Source: Eledone cirrhosa
Taxonomy: Eukaryota
Assembly: GCA_964016885.1 (NCBI GenBank)
Contig: OZ024742.1
Location: 313,906,001-313,970,000 of the forward strand
Direction: 5' to 3'
Length of the DNA: 64,000 bases
The position numbers and the translations under genes were made by a program. Numbering within the stretch: position 1 is the first letter of the stretch; each line of letters opens with the position of its first letter. Below are positions 12,658 through 27,100 of this stretch, piece by piece. Under the pieces are notes generated by a model. That model did not search any database and was not told the origin of the DNA. It saw nothing but the letters and a program-made list of their open reading frames with translations.

Positions 12658-14620
12658 ATATGAAAGAAAAATATTGTCAGTAGTTGTATGTTAGAAGTTT
12701 TGAACGGAGAAGAATGAAAAATTAGAAGAGAAGATAAAGTAAATAATGATTGTTACACTTCAAGAAAGTAAGCACCAATAACATATTTTCTGCAGGAATG
12801 GAAATTGTTTACCATTTTTTGAGGTCGTTTAAACTTTTTTATATGAACGTCTCACTAATCTGAAATATAACAACTATTGTTACAGGGGTAAGGTTTTGTT
12901 ACAGCATCAGCAGGATTTCTCCGTGATTGCGTAGAGGGATGATACAACTAGACAGGGTCCTATTGTTTCAGAGTCTTATGTTTATCACCGTTGTCTAACA
13001 TGCAACTAAATGGTGGTAAGCATAGATACTTTGTACAACTGTGTAGTAGACACCAGAGAATCAAATTACACTAGAATAAATAACATATAATCATTACTCT
13101 TTGAGGAAAATCATTCAATTTCTTGAAAATATCATAAGAGAAAATAATGTGTACACAAACTGTAAAAAGCATTAGGAGATGTCGAGCGCGAGTAAGAAAA
13201 TAAATCTATAACAGAAAATAGGAGAGATAACAACTTACCAAAGTTGAAGAAGTAACCAAGATATTTACGAACAAAAATGGAGTATAAATTACAATGCTGC
13301 AGTATAAAGTTGCATAGACCATAGCAAGATATTTCAATGTAACCTTCCAGTAGTAGTTTGTAGATTCTCACCTCCAAGTCGAGGCAAATAACTTGTGCTA
13401 TGTATGTTCAAAGTAACGACAGTTTAAATTTGAGCAGTGTAGAAGGTTCTTTGATTGTCAAGCTAATCTAGACAATAGCATTGGTGTACAGGTAGGACGA
13501 ACAGTAATAGAAAATAAGCGGTGGCATGCTGATGTGGCCATAATAGGATAATAGAGGAAACCTGGTGGTGTACCTTAATGAAGGCAATAAACAAAGTTAG
13601 GCAAAGTTCAAACAAGACACACCCAACTTAAACAGACTTTAAACTAAAGAAAGAAATGACGGACGAGCGAGACTGAAATACCATAATATTTTCAAATAAA
13701 GAACATGTCAGTGAAGAAAAAGCAAACATGGTTAAAAAAAATAAATTAAAATTTATTCTGTTAGCCCAAGAGATACTGAAAGGTTTCATCTTAGTCTATT
13801 ACCATGGAAATTTGCAGATGCCACAAGTCTTAAAATTTGTAAACTGTAAATGGTGATGTATTCCAAACATTCAAGAAAGTATCAGATAAACACAATTTAC
13901 TTATTAATGATAATGAGTTGTTGAGACATCTAAAAATGCTGCAGGTGTTGATAGGATGTTTGAAAGTAGACTAGACAAAGCATCATTCTTCAAGACCGAG
14001 AAGTATACCTGACTGGCCAACAGCCTAAGGGAAGCCAGCTATCGGTTCAAAGTTCTCGTCATAGACGTTTTATATGTATAAAATCATATCTTTAGAAACG
14101 TTGAGCGGATTTTGAACTTTCAATGTATGTTAGCTTAAAGTTAACAATCTCAATGCAGGATATTGACTATGAAAAAGTTGAGTGTATAAGTCCCTAGAGG
14201 AGAAGGCCACCAGTGGGATTCGAACTCATGTCTTCCGTACACCCTAAATACGAGGTTGAAGGGCTTCATCTTTAACCCTTATTTCATATTACTTTTCATA
14301 TTAATTTATCCCATATATTGCTATTGAGATAAAGTTAATTACATTTCTTCTAACTTACGGCATACACATTATTCCAATATTTGAACCTTTTCAATTATCT
14401 TACCTTTATTAATCCGAAGTATTCACTAATATGTAATTAGTACACCTGACATCTATTTATGTCCGTTCTGCTTACTAGGAACTTGTTTTTTTTTCTTACA
14501 TTAGTACAAGGTCAAATATGTCTGTGTGCGGCGTTGTTGTTTGTTGTTGCTATTGCTTTCCCCTGATGATAATTATCTTCATCTTTATAAATATTATGTT
14601 CACTCTTGTATAGAATATTG

Positions 14621-14832
14621 GTTTCTGATTTAGGCACAAGGCCAACAATTTTGGGGAAGGGGAAAGTCGATTAAATCGACCCCAGTGCATTACTAGTATT
14701 TTATTTTATCGACCCCGTAAGGATGAAAGGCAAAGCTAACCTCGACAGGATTTGAACTCAGATCCTAAAGGGCTGTAACTCTATGCCATAAAGCATATTG
14801 TCCAATACTCCATCGATACTGCCAATCCACTG
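14621..14832 (-). mobile_element. Short-subfamily SINE with TSD
   Basis: SINE core present; TSD CTTG(T/C)ATAGAATATTG at 14605-14620 and 14833-14848. Confidence 0.88.
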
Positions 14833-15017
14833 CTTGCATAGAATATTGTTATTACATTTCAGTTGGTCCCTTTGCTGGTGTTCCTACGCCCAGTGATCGA
14901 ATTCAAAAGTATGTTTTCCATATAGAGAGATCAGGACCTGTTTAGATTTCGAAAAATATTTATTATGTTCATGGAAACACCAAACGCCAGACCTACAGCT
15001 TGCAAGGCTAAACATAT

Positions 15018-15500
15018 TCATCATCGCCATGGCTTGGCTTTGTAAACGAAGATTATGAAGGGGGTGATTCACGTTTACTACAGGCACATTCGTAGCTGTT
15101 CATACCAATGCGGGACGGGTAGACACGGCTGCAGAGGCTGCGGTTGAAGGTCTTTCAGTGTTTAATGACTTGGTCTTGTGGTTCTTCCTCCTGGGCTTTC
15201 ATATTATTCTTACCTATTCTTCCCCCAGCGCAGCACACATCCACTTCATAAGTACCTGTCTATAATCAGGACCGGTTTGATTTATATTCTATCATTGCCT
15301 TCAAACATATCACCTATATAACTTTCTGTCACATTCTCCACCTTATCTTATGATTCTCTTCTCCCGCGCTCTATGCTATTTACCAAAATGAAAATTACTT
15401 TAATCCTGGAATTATCTCCTCCACACCATTTCGCCATATTGCCTCAGTTTTTCCCACCATGCTTTTTACGAAATCTCGTTCGTCCATTTTGTAATATTAC
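15018..15500 (-). pseudogene. RTE-clade LINE 3' relic
   Basis: Minus-strand translation SLCSRVYPSRIGMNSYECAC resembles the C-terminal C2H2 of RTE ORF2; (GAT)-type tail. Confidence 0.6.
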
Positions 15501-15646
15501 CTGACAAAATATGTAGCAAACATAACTTGCTCTTATGTAAGAGTGTAAGAACATGAATGTTTAGTTGCAATGCATTTTTGTGTGTTTGAATCAATCAATT
15601 ATCTCTGATAGTTTCACACATACACGCACAAACACAATGCACACAC

Positions 15647-15710
<64 letters not shown>

Positions 15711-15829
15711 CACACACACATATTTGGGTGTGTGTTTGTGTGTCGTTTGGTTTTGTATGTATATATGTATTTATATATGTGTTTTATAGATGCATATGGA
15801 TATATATATATATATATATCAAAGTTATA

Positions 15830-15896
<67 letters not shown>

Positions 15897-15939
15897 TAAG
15901 TACCTTACTTACTGTGTTTACCACTGATTGAACCCGGGA

Positions 15940-16035
<96 letters not shown>

Positions 16036-16088
16036 AATTAATAAAATAATGAATAAACAAAGAAACAGTTCCTTATATTAAAAAAATT

Positions 16089-16228
16089 CATCATTTTACG
16101 ATCGTTTCTAGGATATATATGTGTTAGAGTTGGTATGCATATTCTATAGATCTATGTACAATATTTATACAAACTATCAGAGGGAATATACATACCTACA
16201 CATATATATGCTGTCTTCAGAAATAATG
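16089..16228 (-). ncRNA. Type I hammerhead ribozyme fold with expanded stem II
   Basis: CATTATTT-CTGAAGA-[105 nt, 11-bp helix ATATATATGTG/CACATATATAT]-GAA-ACGATCGT-A-AAATGATG. Confidence 0.7.
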
Positions 16229-16760
16229 ATATTTGTTTATTGAAAAAAAACAAAGATTCAATACAATAGGTCTGTTTGGGAACAGGTTTTGAATTGACCA
16301 ATAGAGAGATAGTGAGGGTCAGGATAGTAATATAGTAGTAGAAGAACCTTAAATTATGGGTAGAGGAAGGTAGATTTCAGTTTTGAATGGAAAAGAATAT
16401 TATGAATGAAGGATTATTTTAGGGAAGAAATAGGTCTTATGCTGACCTCAGAAATAATTTTATTTTTTCATTGAATAAAACCAACAAAGATCTAATATAT
16501 TCTGTCTGTTTGGTAAGAGGTTTAGAAGTAACCAATAGAAAGTTAATAATTGGCCAAATGGTAAAATAGTAGTAATTGAAGCTTCAATTACTACTGTTTC
16601 TTTGTTTATTCATTATTTTATTAATTTATCTTGACTCTGTTTTCCGTTTATTTTTCACCGAAAGTAGTTTTTGAATGCATCTTCTCTTTTCATGATATCC
16701 GGATTACATTGAGTTCTTCATACGGATTGGACACTACCGTAAACTTTTGGTAGATTTATC

Positions 16761-16827
<67 letters not shown>

Positions 16828-16950
16828 ATATTATTATTATTTATAGTTATATATACACTATATACAACTATAAACAGGAAAGGTCAGTAATTTATTACTA
16901 CCTTATTACCAGTAAGAAAAATACCTCAATGTAAATACATCAGATGTTTT

Positions 16951-17174
16951 ATCAAGCAGGCAAAAATGTTTGTGTATTAAAATTATGAGTTTATGGTGGA
17001 TATAGTGTGATAATTGTTTCTGTGTTGTTCAAATGTGCATGTGCTGAGTGTTATCTTTTCCATTACATAAAATACTCTCAACACATGCACATTTGAACAT
17101 TACAGAAACAATTATGACACTACATCAACCATAAACTCATAATTTTAATACACAAACACTTTTGCCTGCTTGAT
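16951..17174. repeat. Imperfect palindrome with about 105-bp arms
   Basis: ATCAAGCAGGCAAAA...TTTTGCCTGCTTGAT with a short spacer. Confidence 0.9.
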
Positions 17175-17206
17175 ATGCTTGTAAACCTATGTTATTTTAT
17201 GTGATA

Positions 17207-17391
17207 TGGTGGATTGGCAGTATCGGTAGAGGGTCGGACGCCATGCTTTGACGCAAAGAGTTACGGCCCTTGCCATTCTGAGTTCAAATCCCGCCGAGGT
17301 TAACTTTGCCTTTCATCCTTACGGGGTCGATAAAATAAAGTACCAGTAATACACTGGGATAATTGCTGGCCTTGTGCCAAAAGTAGAAACA
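17207..17391 (+). mobile_element. Short-subfamily SINE with 16-bp TSD
   Basis: A/B boxes (TGGATTGGCAG...GAGTTCAAATCC); TSD GTTATTTTATGTGATA at 17191-17206 and 17392-17407. Confidence 0.92.
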
Positions 17392-17949
17392 GTTATTTTA
17401 TGTGATACCTTTGCCATGCAGTAATTATATATGCCTAGTACCATTGCTTGTTTCCTACCTAACTGACCTATATATGCCTTTAGCAGTATTGATTATAGAT
17501 GTTATTGAGACACGAGTGACATAATAATGATTTCAACAGCAGAAATTAGAGATGAAATATATGTTTATTTTTGATGTAGCACAAACAATGGTGTGGTACA
17601 GAGGCTGGTTTCTGGCGTGTGATCAGTCTGCTTTCTAGTGGCTGTCTGTTTTTCTCCTCGCGTTCTCAACCAGCGGGAGATAACTAGGGTTGTTCTATCA
17701 AGAGGCGTGAGGCGTCTTACTACAGTATCCCCTGCCAGATTTTCAAATCATCGAAAATCGATGTCATTACTCACATGTGGAGTAAGATGGCGAACAGTGC
17801 AACAAGGGGGAGCTATTCGCTCTACCAAAAATTGAATCCAGAATAAGGATTTGAAAAATGTTAAAAAAAAAACAACATGCATGCATAAAAAACAAGGCAA
17901 AGAAAAAGCAGAAACACAGAGGCGAAAAAAAAGGTGCAGCTAACATAGT

Positions 17950-20900
17950 CTAAATATAGACGGTGCTGCAAAATGTTTTGGGCCAGTGGACCCTACGACC
18001 TGAACGGGTCGTGGTCTTGTAACGTGGCGATGGCGGTGGTGTAGGGACAGGCGATGATGGTGGTTCAGGAACAGGCGTTCGCTCAACAGGCAAATACGAA
18101 GGGGTTCGTGGATCAGGAACCACAGCGTCCGTGTCAAGGTGCGCCTGCTTAAGCCTGTCTATTGTAACTGTCTCCCTGGACCCCTTAATATCTAACGTGA
18201 AATGCTTAGCCGAGCGCGCTAAGACACGGTAAGGTCCAGTGTAAGGCTGTGTGAGCGGGGGCTTCACAGAATCTTTCCTTACAAAGACATGTGTCCACGA
18301 GGCAATATCCCTCGGGACAGCAGTCTTGACAGTTTGTTTCCTAGTGTCCATTGGCGGCAAATCCTGGAAATAGGAGCGCAAACGGGACACGTAGGAAGCG
18401 TGATCTTGGGCATCAAGATCGATAGGGGCAAGCATTTGCCCGGGCAACGTCAGAGGGGCACCGTACAGTACTTAGGCCGGTGAAAATCCAAAGTCGACCT
18501 TCACCGTTGACCGAATCCCTAGTAGCACAATAGGGAGGTACTCGCTCCAATGCGCCGAATCCATTGAGGCCATTAAGGAGGCCTTCAGTTGTCGGTGAAA
18601 ACGCTCCACCATACCATTCGAAGCGGGATGGTACGCCGTAGTTCTAATGCGTTTAGCACCAATTAATTTTGACAGCTCGAGGAAAAGGCTCGACTCGAAC
18701 TGTCGTCCACGGTCGTTAGTTATTGTGGATGGAACTCCATAACGAGAGATCCATCCAGACACAAGAGCACGTGCTGTTGTCTCCGCGGTGATGTTTTTCT
18801 AGGGGATGGCCTCAGGCCATCTCGAAAAACGGTCAATGACGGTCAGCAGATAAGAAAAACCATTGCTGACAGGCCAAGGTCCCACTATGTCAATATGAAT
18901 ATGTGAAAAACGCGCATCTGGGTTAGCAAAGGTACCCAGGGGAGCCTTGACGTGTCGATGGACCTTTGATCTCTGGCAAGCGACGCAGGAACGGCACCAA
19001 GCAGCAATTTCACGCCTCATATTTGGCCAGAAAAATCTAGCTGATATGAGCTTTGCTGTGGCAGAAGATCCTGGATGCGAGATACTATGTAAAGCCATAA
19101 ACACGGTCAGACGATGATTCTCTGGAACGAAGGGCCTAGGCACGTCCAAAGAGACGTCGCAGAGGATTTGGCTAACTGCAGTCGACAGAGGCAAGTATTT
19201 CATCTCGCAATTCGCAAACTCAGGCGATGTAACATCCAATGACTCAAGGGGAGGCTGATCCGCAGCCAAACGAGTCAGATCTATGTCAGAGGGTGACGAG
19301 ATCGCTGTCACGGGTAAGCGGGACAAAGCATCGGCCGCTGTATTTAGTAAACCCGGAATGTGCTGGATATCACTCGTATATTGCGAGATGAAATCAAGGT
19401 GTCTCGTCTCTCTGGGCGAGTATTTATCAGCCTTCGCTCTCAAAGCAAAAGTCAATGGTTTATGGTCAGTGAGGATAGTAAATTGTCTACCCTCTAGCAC
19501 ATGTGAAAAATGTTTCACGGCCAAATAGATGGCTAAAAGCTCTCTTCCAAAGGTGGTGTAGCGCGTCTCAGCAGGTTTCAGCTTTCTGGAAAAAAACTCC
19601 AGCGGTTGCTGGTAACCATTGATATTTTGCTGTAGTACTGCGCCCACAGCGATATCCGATGCATCAACACAAAGCGTTAGCTTTGCACCGGGTACCGGGT
19701 GAGTCAGTAACGAAGCATTAGCCAAAGCAGTTTTGGCGTGCTGAAAATCAGCAAGTTGAGTGTCTGTCAAAGAAATATCTTTGTTCTTCCTCCGACAATT
19801 TTTCAAAATTTCTGTCAGGGAGAAAAGCAATTTTGCACAATTTGGCACGAAACGTCTATAAAAGTTAATCAGACCTAAGAACTGGCGTAACTGACGTAGT
19901 GAGGTCGGTGGAGGCAAATCCTCTATGACCTTAACTCGCTCAGGCCGGGGTCGAATACCGTCAGCATCGATGACGTGACCCAAGAAAGTCAGTGACTCAG
20001 CACCAAAAACAGATTTGGGTGCATTAAGCTGCACGTTATACGCCTTCAATCGGCGGAAAAGAAGATTCAAATGGTGCGTATGTTGCTCTTGAGAAGAACT
20101 AGCAATGAGCAGGTCGTCAATATAGGTATAGACGAAATCGAGGCCGCGAGTAACCTCATCCATAAACCGCTGAAAAGTACTAGCGGCATTCCTTAATCCG
20201 AACGGCATAGTCAAAAACTCGAATGACCCAAATGGCGTAACTATAGCCGTTTTTGGAATGTCATTTTTATGGACAGGAATTTGATGGTACGCACGAATTA
20301 AATCCAGTTTGGAGAATATCTTGCATCCCTGCAACGAAGACGCAGAGTCTTGCAGATGAGGGATAGGATAACGGTCCGGTACCGTTATCGAATTTAGGCG
20401 TCGATAATCTCCAGTAGGTCTCCAATCGCCATTTGCTTTCGGTACCATGTGTAATGGGGACGCCCACGGGCTCGTGGACGGACGAATAATCCCCATTTGC
20501 AGCATATGATCAAACTCTGATCGTGCTGCTTTGAGTTTGTCCGGAGGCAAGCGACGAGGACGAGAAAAAACGGGAGCACCAGTTGTAGATATGAAGTGCT
20601 CCGTGGTATGAGTTGGTTCATCAACTCGAAAATTTCCCCGAGTCAGTTGCGGGAACGAGTTCAACAACGCATGGTAAGGATCACCGGTGTTAGCAAGAAA
20701 AAAGGTCGGGCTAACCGTTGGAACTCCTGCTGCCTTTCCAACAACAGTTAATCCAGTGATGCCATCAATTAGGCGTTTACGACGGAGGTCCACCGTCAAT
20801 GAAAAATGGTGGAGAAAATCCGCGCCTAGAATCGGATACGGCAAGGCAGCGACAGTAAATATCCATTTAAACTCGCGCCGCAGATTACGAAACTGCAAAG

Positions 20901-21144
20901 GTAACGAGATTTGTCCGAAAGTTCGAATCGGCGAACAATTTACTGCCTGCAACTCAATAGGTGTCTCAGGGGGAGTCTCCTTCATACAACACACAGGCCA
21001 TACTGAACAAACTGCTCCTGTGTCAACCAGGAAAGCTCTACCTGACAGCAGGTCCTCAATGAAAAAATGGCGGTTGGATGTTGTTTCGCAGAGCGAACTA
21101 TCCGCCGTTAGTGACTCTGGTCGTCTTTTCCCTCGTAAGCACAA
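17950..21144 (-). pseudogene. pol: Gypsy pol (protease, RT, RNase H, integrase), interrupted by stops at about 18800 and 18473
   Basis: FLVDTGA; MPFGLRNA and YIDD; VDAS/ELLAI/TDH/ADALSR; H-X3-H...CVAC; HIDIVG, NDRG, GMVERFH; GPY motif. Confidence 0.95.
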
Positions 21145-21889
21145 GGAGGCCTACAATGGGCGGCTTTTTTTACCATATCTATCATGGTAATAACACTATG
21201 GTGTTTCTGGTGTGTTGGAAGGGCTACGGTGGCGAGGAGTTGAATAACGTCGTGAGCGGCTCCTCTGCCGTCCAAAAGACCTGAATTCCTGGCACAACTC
21301 CGCCATTTGACGAGTCATGGCTTCCATTGTGGTGATTAATTTGTCATCAGACGCTGATGAGCGTGATTGAGGAAGAGAAGAGGAAGCAACGTACTTTGGC
21401 TTCGAAGTGTCTCTCTTCGTCACTTCTACAATTTTGTCAGCAGAGACAGCAATGTGATCGAGGGTATTTACCTCTAGCACATGGGCTAGGATCGCCTGTA
21501 CCTCTTGAGGTAGGCGAGAGAAGAACAATTGCTTCAGGAAAGGGCTATCCTGATCTTGCGAATCGCTCAAATCCCGCAAATGCCGGAGAAAAGCGGTAGG
21601 GGTCCTGTCACCTAATCGTTCGTCCTCGATCAATGACCGAAAACGACTCTCTACCGACTTACAATTCCTCCTCAAAATCTCGCCCTTCAAAGACTCATAC
21701 GTTAAGTCAGAGGGTGGGGGGGTCTGTAATTAGGTCTTGGACCGAATCTGCTAGATTAGGGGGAAGTCCGCTAATCAGTACAGCGAGGCGCTGGTCAGAT
21801 TCGGTCTTACAGACCGTAAAATACGCCTGTAACTGGGCAAACCACATCTTAGGTTTTCCAGTAAAGGCGGGCAAATGTGGCACATTCAT
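21125..21889 (-). pseudogene. gag: Gypsy gag, frameshifted
   Basis: LPAFTGKPKMWFAQLQAYF, LGDRTPTAFLRHLR, terminal CYYH..YG..A..C..PC motif. Confidence 0.88.
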
Positions 21890-22593
21890 GGTAACGTTTA
21901 AAATTAAAAAAAAAATATATACATATATATCTAAACAGCAATTAATGTACCCTAGTACAGTGAAAAGCGAACAGCCAAAATTGAGAAAAAGTTAAAGGTC
22001 AAAAAGAAACAGACATTCAAAACATTAGGAAATATGAAAAATACATAAAATACATATATATATCTTTTAAAAAAAAAATTTTCCTTCAACGTCTGTCCCC
22101 TCGTGTTGCTTCAACGAACCAGCCTAATCAAATAAGGTAAAAAAGAGGAAAAAAAAAATGTTTGTTTTAGAATATATCCACGTTGGATATCAACAAATGT
22201 AGCCAGTGGCTAAAAATCCCTTAGAAAAAGGTAAGGCATGTATATCCCCTGCGGGGCAGTAATGTTCACAAAAAAAAATTTCTTCTCTTCTCTCTTGATC
22301 AGTCATGGAACACACACGCAGATCCAAAAATGTCCCCGTCGGAAAATTACAAAACGGGAAAGGAACGCAACGCCACCTTGGAAAAATTCTCTTTTTTTTT
22401 TTTTTTTTTTTCTTCTGTAAGTTGCGAAAAGGTTGGCAACGGCAGTGAAATATTCAAGTGAATAAAAAGGGCTGCTTTAAATTATTTACACGAATGAATC
22501 GTTTTGAAATTTCCGATGTGTGGTGGTTTGCGTCGGTAGGGCTATGAAGCTGCCACTCACTATTCCCTGTTTTGGTCAGTGGTTAAACAATGT

Positions 22594-22629
<36 letters not shown>

Positions 22630-23393
22630 CGTTGTTGTTGTCGAGTGTAGCGAAAAGTTTTTGAAATACTGCTAATTTTTCAAAAAAAACTTTGAAAGGA
22701 ATATATTGTATCTTCGCAAGTTGCAAAAAAGGCCGGCAACGTGGCAATAAAAGTTCAACTGAATGAAAAAGAAGGGCTGCGTTAAATTCTTACGTCGGTC
22801 ACTACTTTAGCAGTATTGATTATAGATGTTATCGAGATACGAGTGACATAATAATTATTTCAACAGCAGAAATTAGAGATGAAATATATGTTTATTTTTG
22901 ATGTAGCACAAACAATGGTGTGGTACAGAGGCTGGTTTACGGCGTGTGATCAGTCTGCTTTCTAGTGGCTGTCTGTTTTTCTCCTCGCGTTCTCAACCAG
23001 CGGGAGATAACTAGGGTTGTTCTATCAAGAGGCGTGAGGCGTCTTACTACATACCTAACGCATTTGCACTCTCTATACTGCTTTAATTATTATACTATTC
23101 TCTTGTAATCTCTGTCACATGCATTCCACTCTGTGCCTCTTTAATTATTATACAATTCTCTTGTAATCTCTGTCACATCCATTCCACTCTGTAAATACGA
23201 AACTGTTGATGACAACATTAATATCCATGTATCTATATGATTGTTCAGTTGAATAGGAAGTTAATTATAGGTTCAAACTTTACTAGTGCTCCGAGGATTC
23301 CAAACGAAAGTTTGGAAGAAACGATTGTCAGCAATAAAATGATTTGAACATAGTTTTGATTATTGTGTAATTTATATATATATATATATATAT

Positions 23394-23466
<73 letters not shown>

Positions 23467-23689
23467 GGAGGTGAGTTTTATTGTAGCACAATAAAGCAAT
23501 GCAAATATCGGATAAGTATATGTTGATTTAACACTTCACTGCTCGCAAGTGTTTTTTAAGCTTCATATCATGTCTCCCTATTTTATCTGATGAGAACGCA
23601 AATATCATCCCAAGATGATATTTGTTTTTGAAATGCGCATAATAAAATACTTGGAACTCTTTTAACCATCTTTTGATCTTATATTATAT

Positions 23690-23789
<100 letters not shown>

Positions 23790-25179
23790 ATATCGCAATT
23801 TTTATTATATTACATCATCTGTTCTATTCTGACATAGGTTGATATATATAGACTAACGATAAGGATGTGTAGCTATCATCCTTTACCATTACATAAGAAT
23901 TCCAATAATATTATTAGGATTACACAAACACACACGCGCGCACACACACACACATATATATATATATTTATTCACATGAATATTCTGTTTATGCAAAATA
24001 CATCTGAACCGTTCATTCCATCATATAAGATCTTGGATGTTTCTGAAGTATGGATATTTATGAGAAGATATCGCAATATTTTTTTAGATATTATTTTTGG
24101 CTATGATTTATTTCGTGATATTGTAAATGCATGTTGGAAGCATCTAACGTCATGTTACTGCTTAAAAAGATATATTTTAGATATCAGATATATATAAACA
24201 ACTGTCGTTCATGTATAAATATAAAGTTGGACACACATACATTATACATAGATATCTGAATACATACACATAGACACACATATATATGTAGCCATGACTA
24301 TTTCTGGAATCGAAGTGGTGCCTCAATGGCATATTGCGTTGCTTGGACGTTTTTTAACCTTAGTGGGGGCTATCTCCTCTCCATGTATGAACACAGTTGA
24401 TTACCTTCGGAGAACGATAAATATAAGGAGAGAAGGTGAGAGAGAGAGATTGTGTGATAGAGAGGAAGTAAAAGAGACAGCGAAGAAGAGTTGACCACAG
24501 TACTAGACTAGTACGTTTTTTATCGATCTCAAAAGAACGAAAGGCAAAGTTGACCACGGTGGGATTTGAACTATGAACACAGAGTCGGAACAAATACCAC
24601 AAGGCATTTTATCTAACGTTTTAACGACTTTGCTGACTCGCATTTCTTCTAACGCTCCAGCATATTTGTCAATCCAGCGCCCTAAAAGAAGCACATTAGT
24701 ACTTTGAGTTAAAATGCATATGAGTAATATTTTGAATGTTACTGTGTGTGTCTTCAGAGACATAAGTCCCAGGTTCGATCTCACCACATGGCATTTCGGA
24801 TAAATGTCATATACCATAATTTCAAGTTAACCCAAACCTTAAAAGTAACATTGGGTACACAGAAGCCACTAGGAAGTCTGTCAGATAGTCTGTCAATGTA
24901 ATTCAAAAGGTCAATCTTGTCACTCAGGGTCACACTGAATCTTTCCAAGAATTACATTAAGGATACATGTTTCTGGGGAATGTTATAAGAGACAAACTGT
25001 AACACGCATCGTTAAAACCAATGGAGGTCCATTCTCTCCATTCCATAACATTATTATGCATATTTATGATGTTCGTGTATAAATATCTGCAGGGTTGTTT
25101 GTGTCTAAATCTTTATGTAGACACAAACAGTTAATATGTATGTGTCATGAATATTCATGAATGGTGTGTTTATTGTGCG

Positions 25180-25246
<67 letters not shown>

Positions 25247-25370
25247 ATATATATATATGTATATATATACACACACACACATGTATATATATATATACAT
25301 TTGCTTTTATCTTTGTATTGTATCTATATAAACATTTGCCTGTCTGATCTAGGCTTGTACGCACGTATGC

Positions 25371-25401
<31 letters not shown>

Positions 25402-26283
25402 TGTATGTATGTATGTATGTATGTATGTATGTATGTATGTATTATAAGAGAAACATGTATACGTAGCTCATGTGTTGTGAATACAGACTTTTAAGTGATG
25501 TGTACTTTAATAGATGTGTTGTTTTGTGCATACAAATCAGCATAGTCAATGGTGTGTATTGTGTTATGTATTCAAACTAGTTTATATGCGTTGTATGTTA
25601 AGGACACTTATACATAGATATACATAGATATAAGCACACATGCGAACGCGCGTAGTGCGCACACACACACATAAAAACACACACGCATGCGAACAGGAAT
25701 ACACACACACGAATACTTGAACACACACACACACACACACACACATAATACATACACACACAAACACATTCACGCACACACAAACAAGCACACACGCACG
25801 CGTGCGAACACGCATACACACACGAACATACACACACATACACACATACACACATATACACACACATACATACACACATACATACACATCACACATATAC
25901 AGACACACAACACACATGCACACACACACACACACACATACACATACACATGCATACACACATACACACACACACATATACAGACACACAACACACACAC
26001 ATACACACACATACACACACACACACATGCACATACACATGCATACACACATACATACACATACACACATATACAGACACACAACACACACACACACACA
26101 CACATAAACACACACATACACACACACACACATACACATACACCCCCCCCCCCCCTTCACTCACCCCTACACACACAATCAGAAAATTAAAATTAAAACT
26201 TTATAAACGAAAGAAAATGCAAGACTTAAATACATTCACTAATGGATTGAACAATCAAATTAAAGATTGACGAAAGTAAAACG

Positions 26284-26353
<70 letters not shown>

Positions 26354-26715
26354 GACCATCATCACCACCATACATACATATATACTACATACTTATATAC
26401 ATACATACATACGTACATACATACATGATGATGATTGTTTCATTTTGTCTGAAGGTAGCCCTCTGATCCCCTCCAGCAAGTTTATACTCTCCTATGTGCA
26501 CAAAGGTGACCTTTCAACCCACCAACTGATTTACATGGTCTTTGTCACAAGTAACAGATGTATACCAGTGTATGTACTGGGTTTATTGATCAGGATGTGG
26601 AATTTCATCTTGATAAACTTTCATATGGCGTTTGATGTATGTACAGTAGACATTTACACCAAATAGTATTAACTAGAAGATTTCTTCCATGCCTATCTAT
26701 CTAACTATCTATCTA

Positions 26716-27100
26716 AAAAATTCGTTTTTTCAAATATCATTTTGGAAGAAGAATCAGGATGGAGAGAGAGGTGCTGTACCCCAGCAAATTTTATAAAAGG
26801 TGGGTGAATGTCGCAAAGATGGCCCGAGTAGTTGGGTCTTCTCTCTATATAAGCCTGTAGGTTGAGGAAAAAGAGGAAGAGAGGAAGGGAGTACTCACTC
26901 TTGGTGCACCTCGAGATGAGGGTTGTACATTTTTTCGGAGTGTGTACAACCCCTGTGTAACATCTCCCCCCTATTGGGGATTTCAATTGATATTTGTTAT
27001 TGTATTAATAGTTTTATTTTCATATACCTGTATGTAAACTCCCCATTTGTATTTGTCCCCTTCTGTTGTGCCCTTGTGGCTAATAAAGAAATTTATCTAT
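26716..27100 (+). mobile_element. 5'-truncated Tx1-clade LINE 3' end
   Basis: Homologous to 52240-52615; flanked on both sides by TATCTATCTA. Confidence 0.9.

Larger units (their letters stand above)
17479..23051 (-). mobile_element. Full-length Ty3/Gypsy LTR retrotransposon
   Basis: Two 246-bp LTRs (17479-17724, 22806-23051; about 5 mismatches by eye); degenerate tRNA-Trp-like PBS TAGTGACCGACGT; PPT CTGGCAGGGGATAC; PR-RT-RH-IN domain order; imperfect TSD TGCC/TACC. Confidence 0.97.

Noticed and set aside
12700-14140. Possible decayed hAT transposase (QDTPT-like and KYxxL..IxR-like traces)
   Set aside because: Motifs too degenerate to support without a translated search
19283-21995. Antisense and alternative-frame ORFs over the Gypsy element, and likewise over the Tx1 and PLE
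   Set aside because: Shadows of GC-richer TE coding sequence
23081-23192. About 55-bp tandem duplication next to the Gypsy LTR
   Set aside because: Ordinary local duplication, not part of the LTR or TSD
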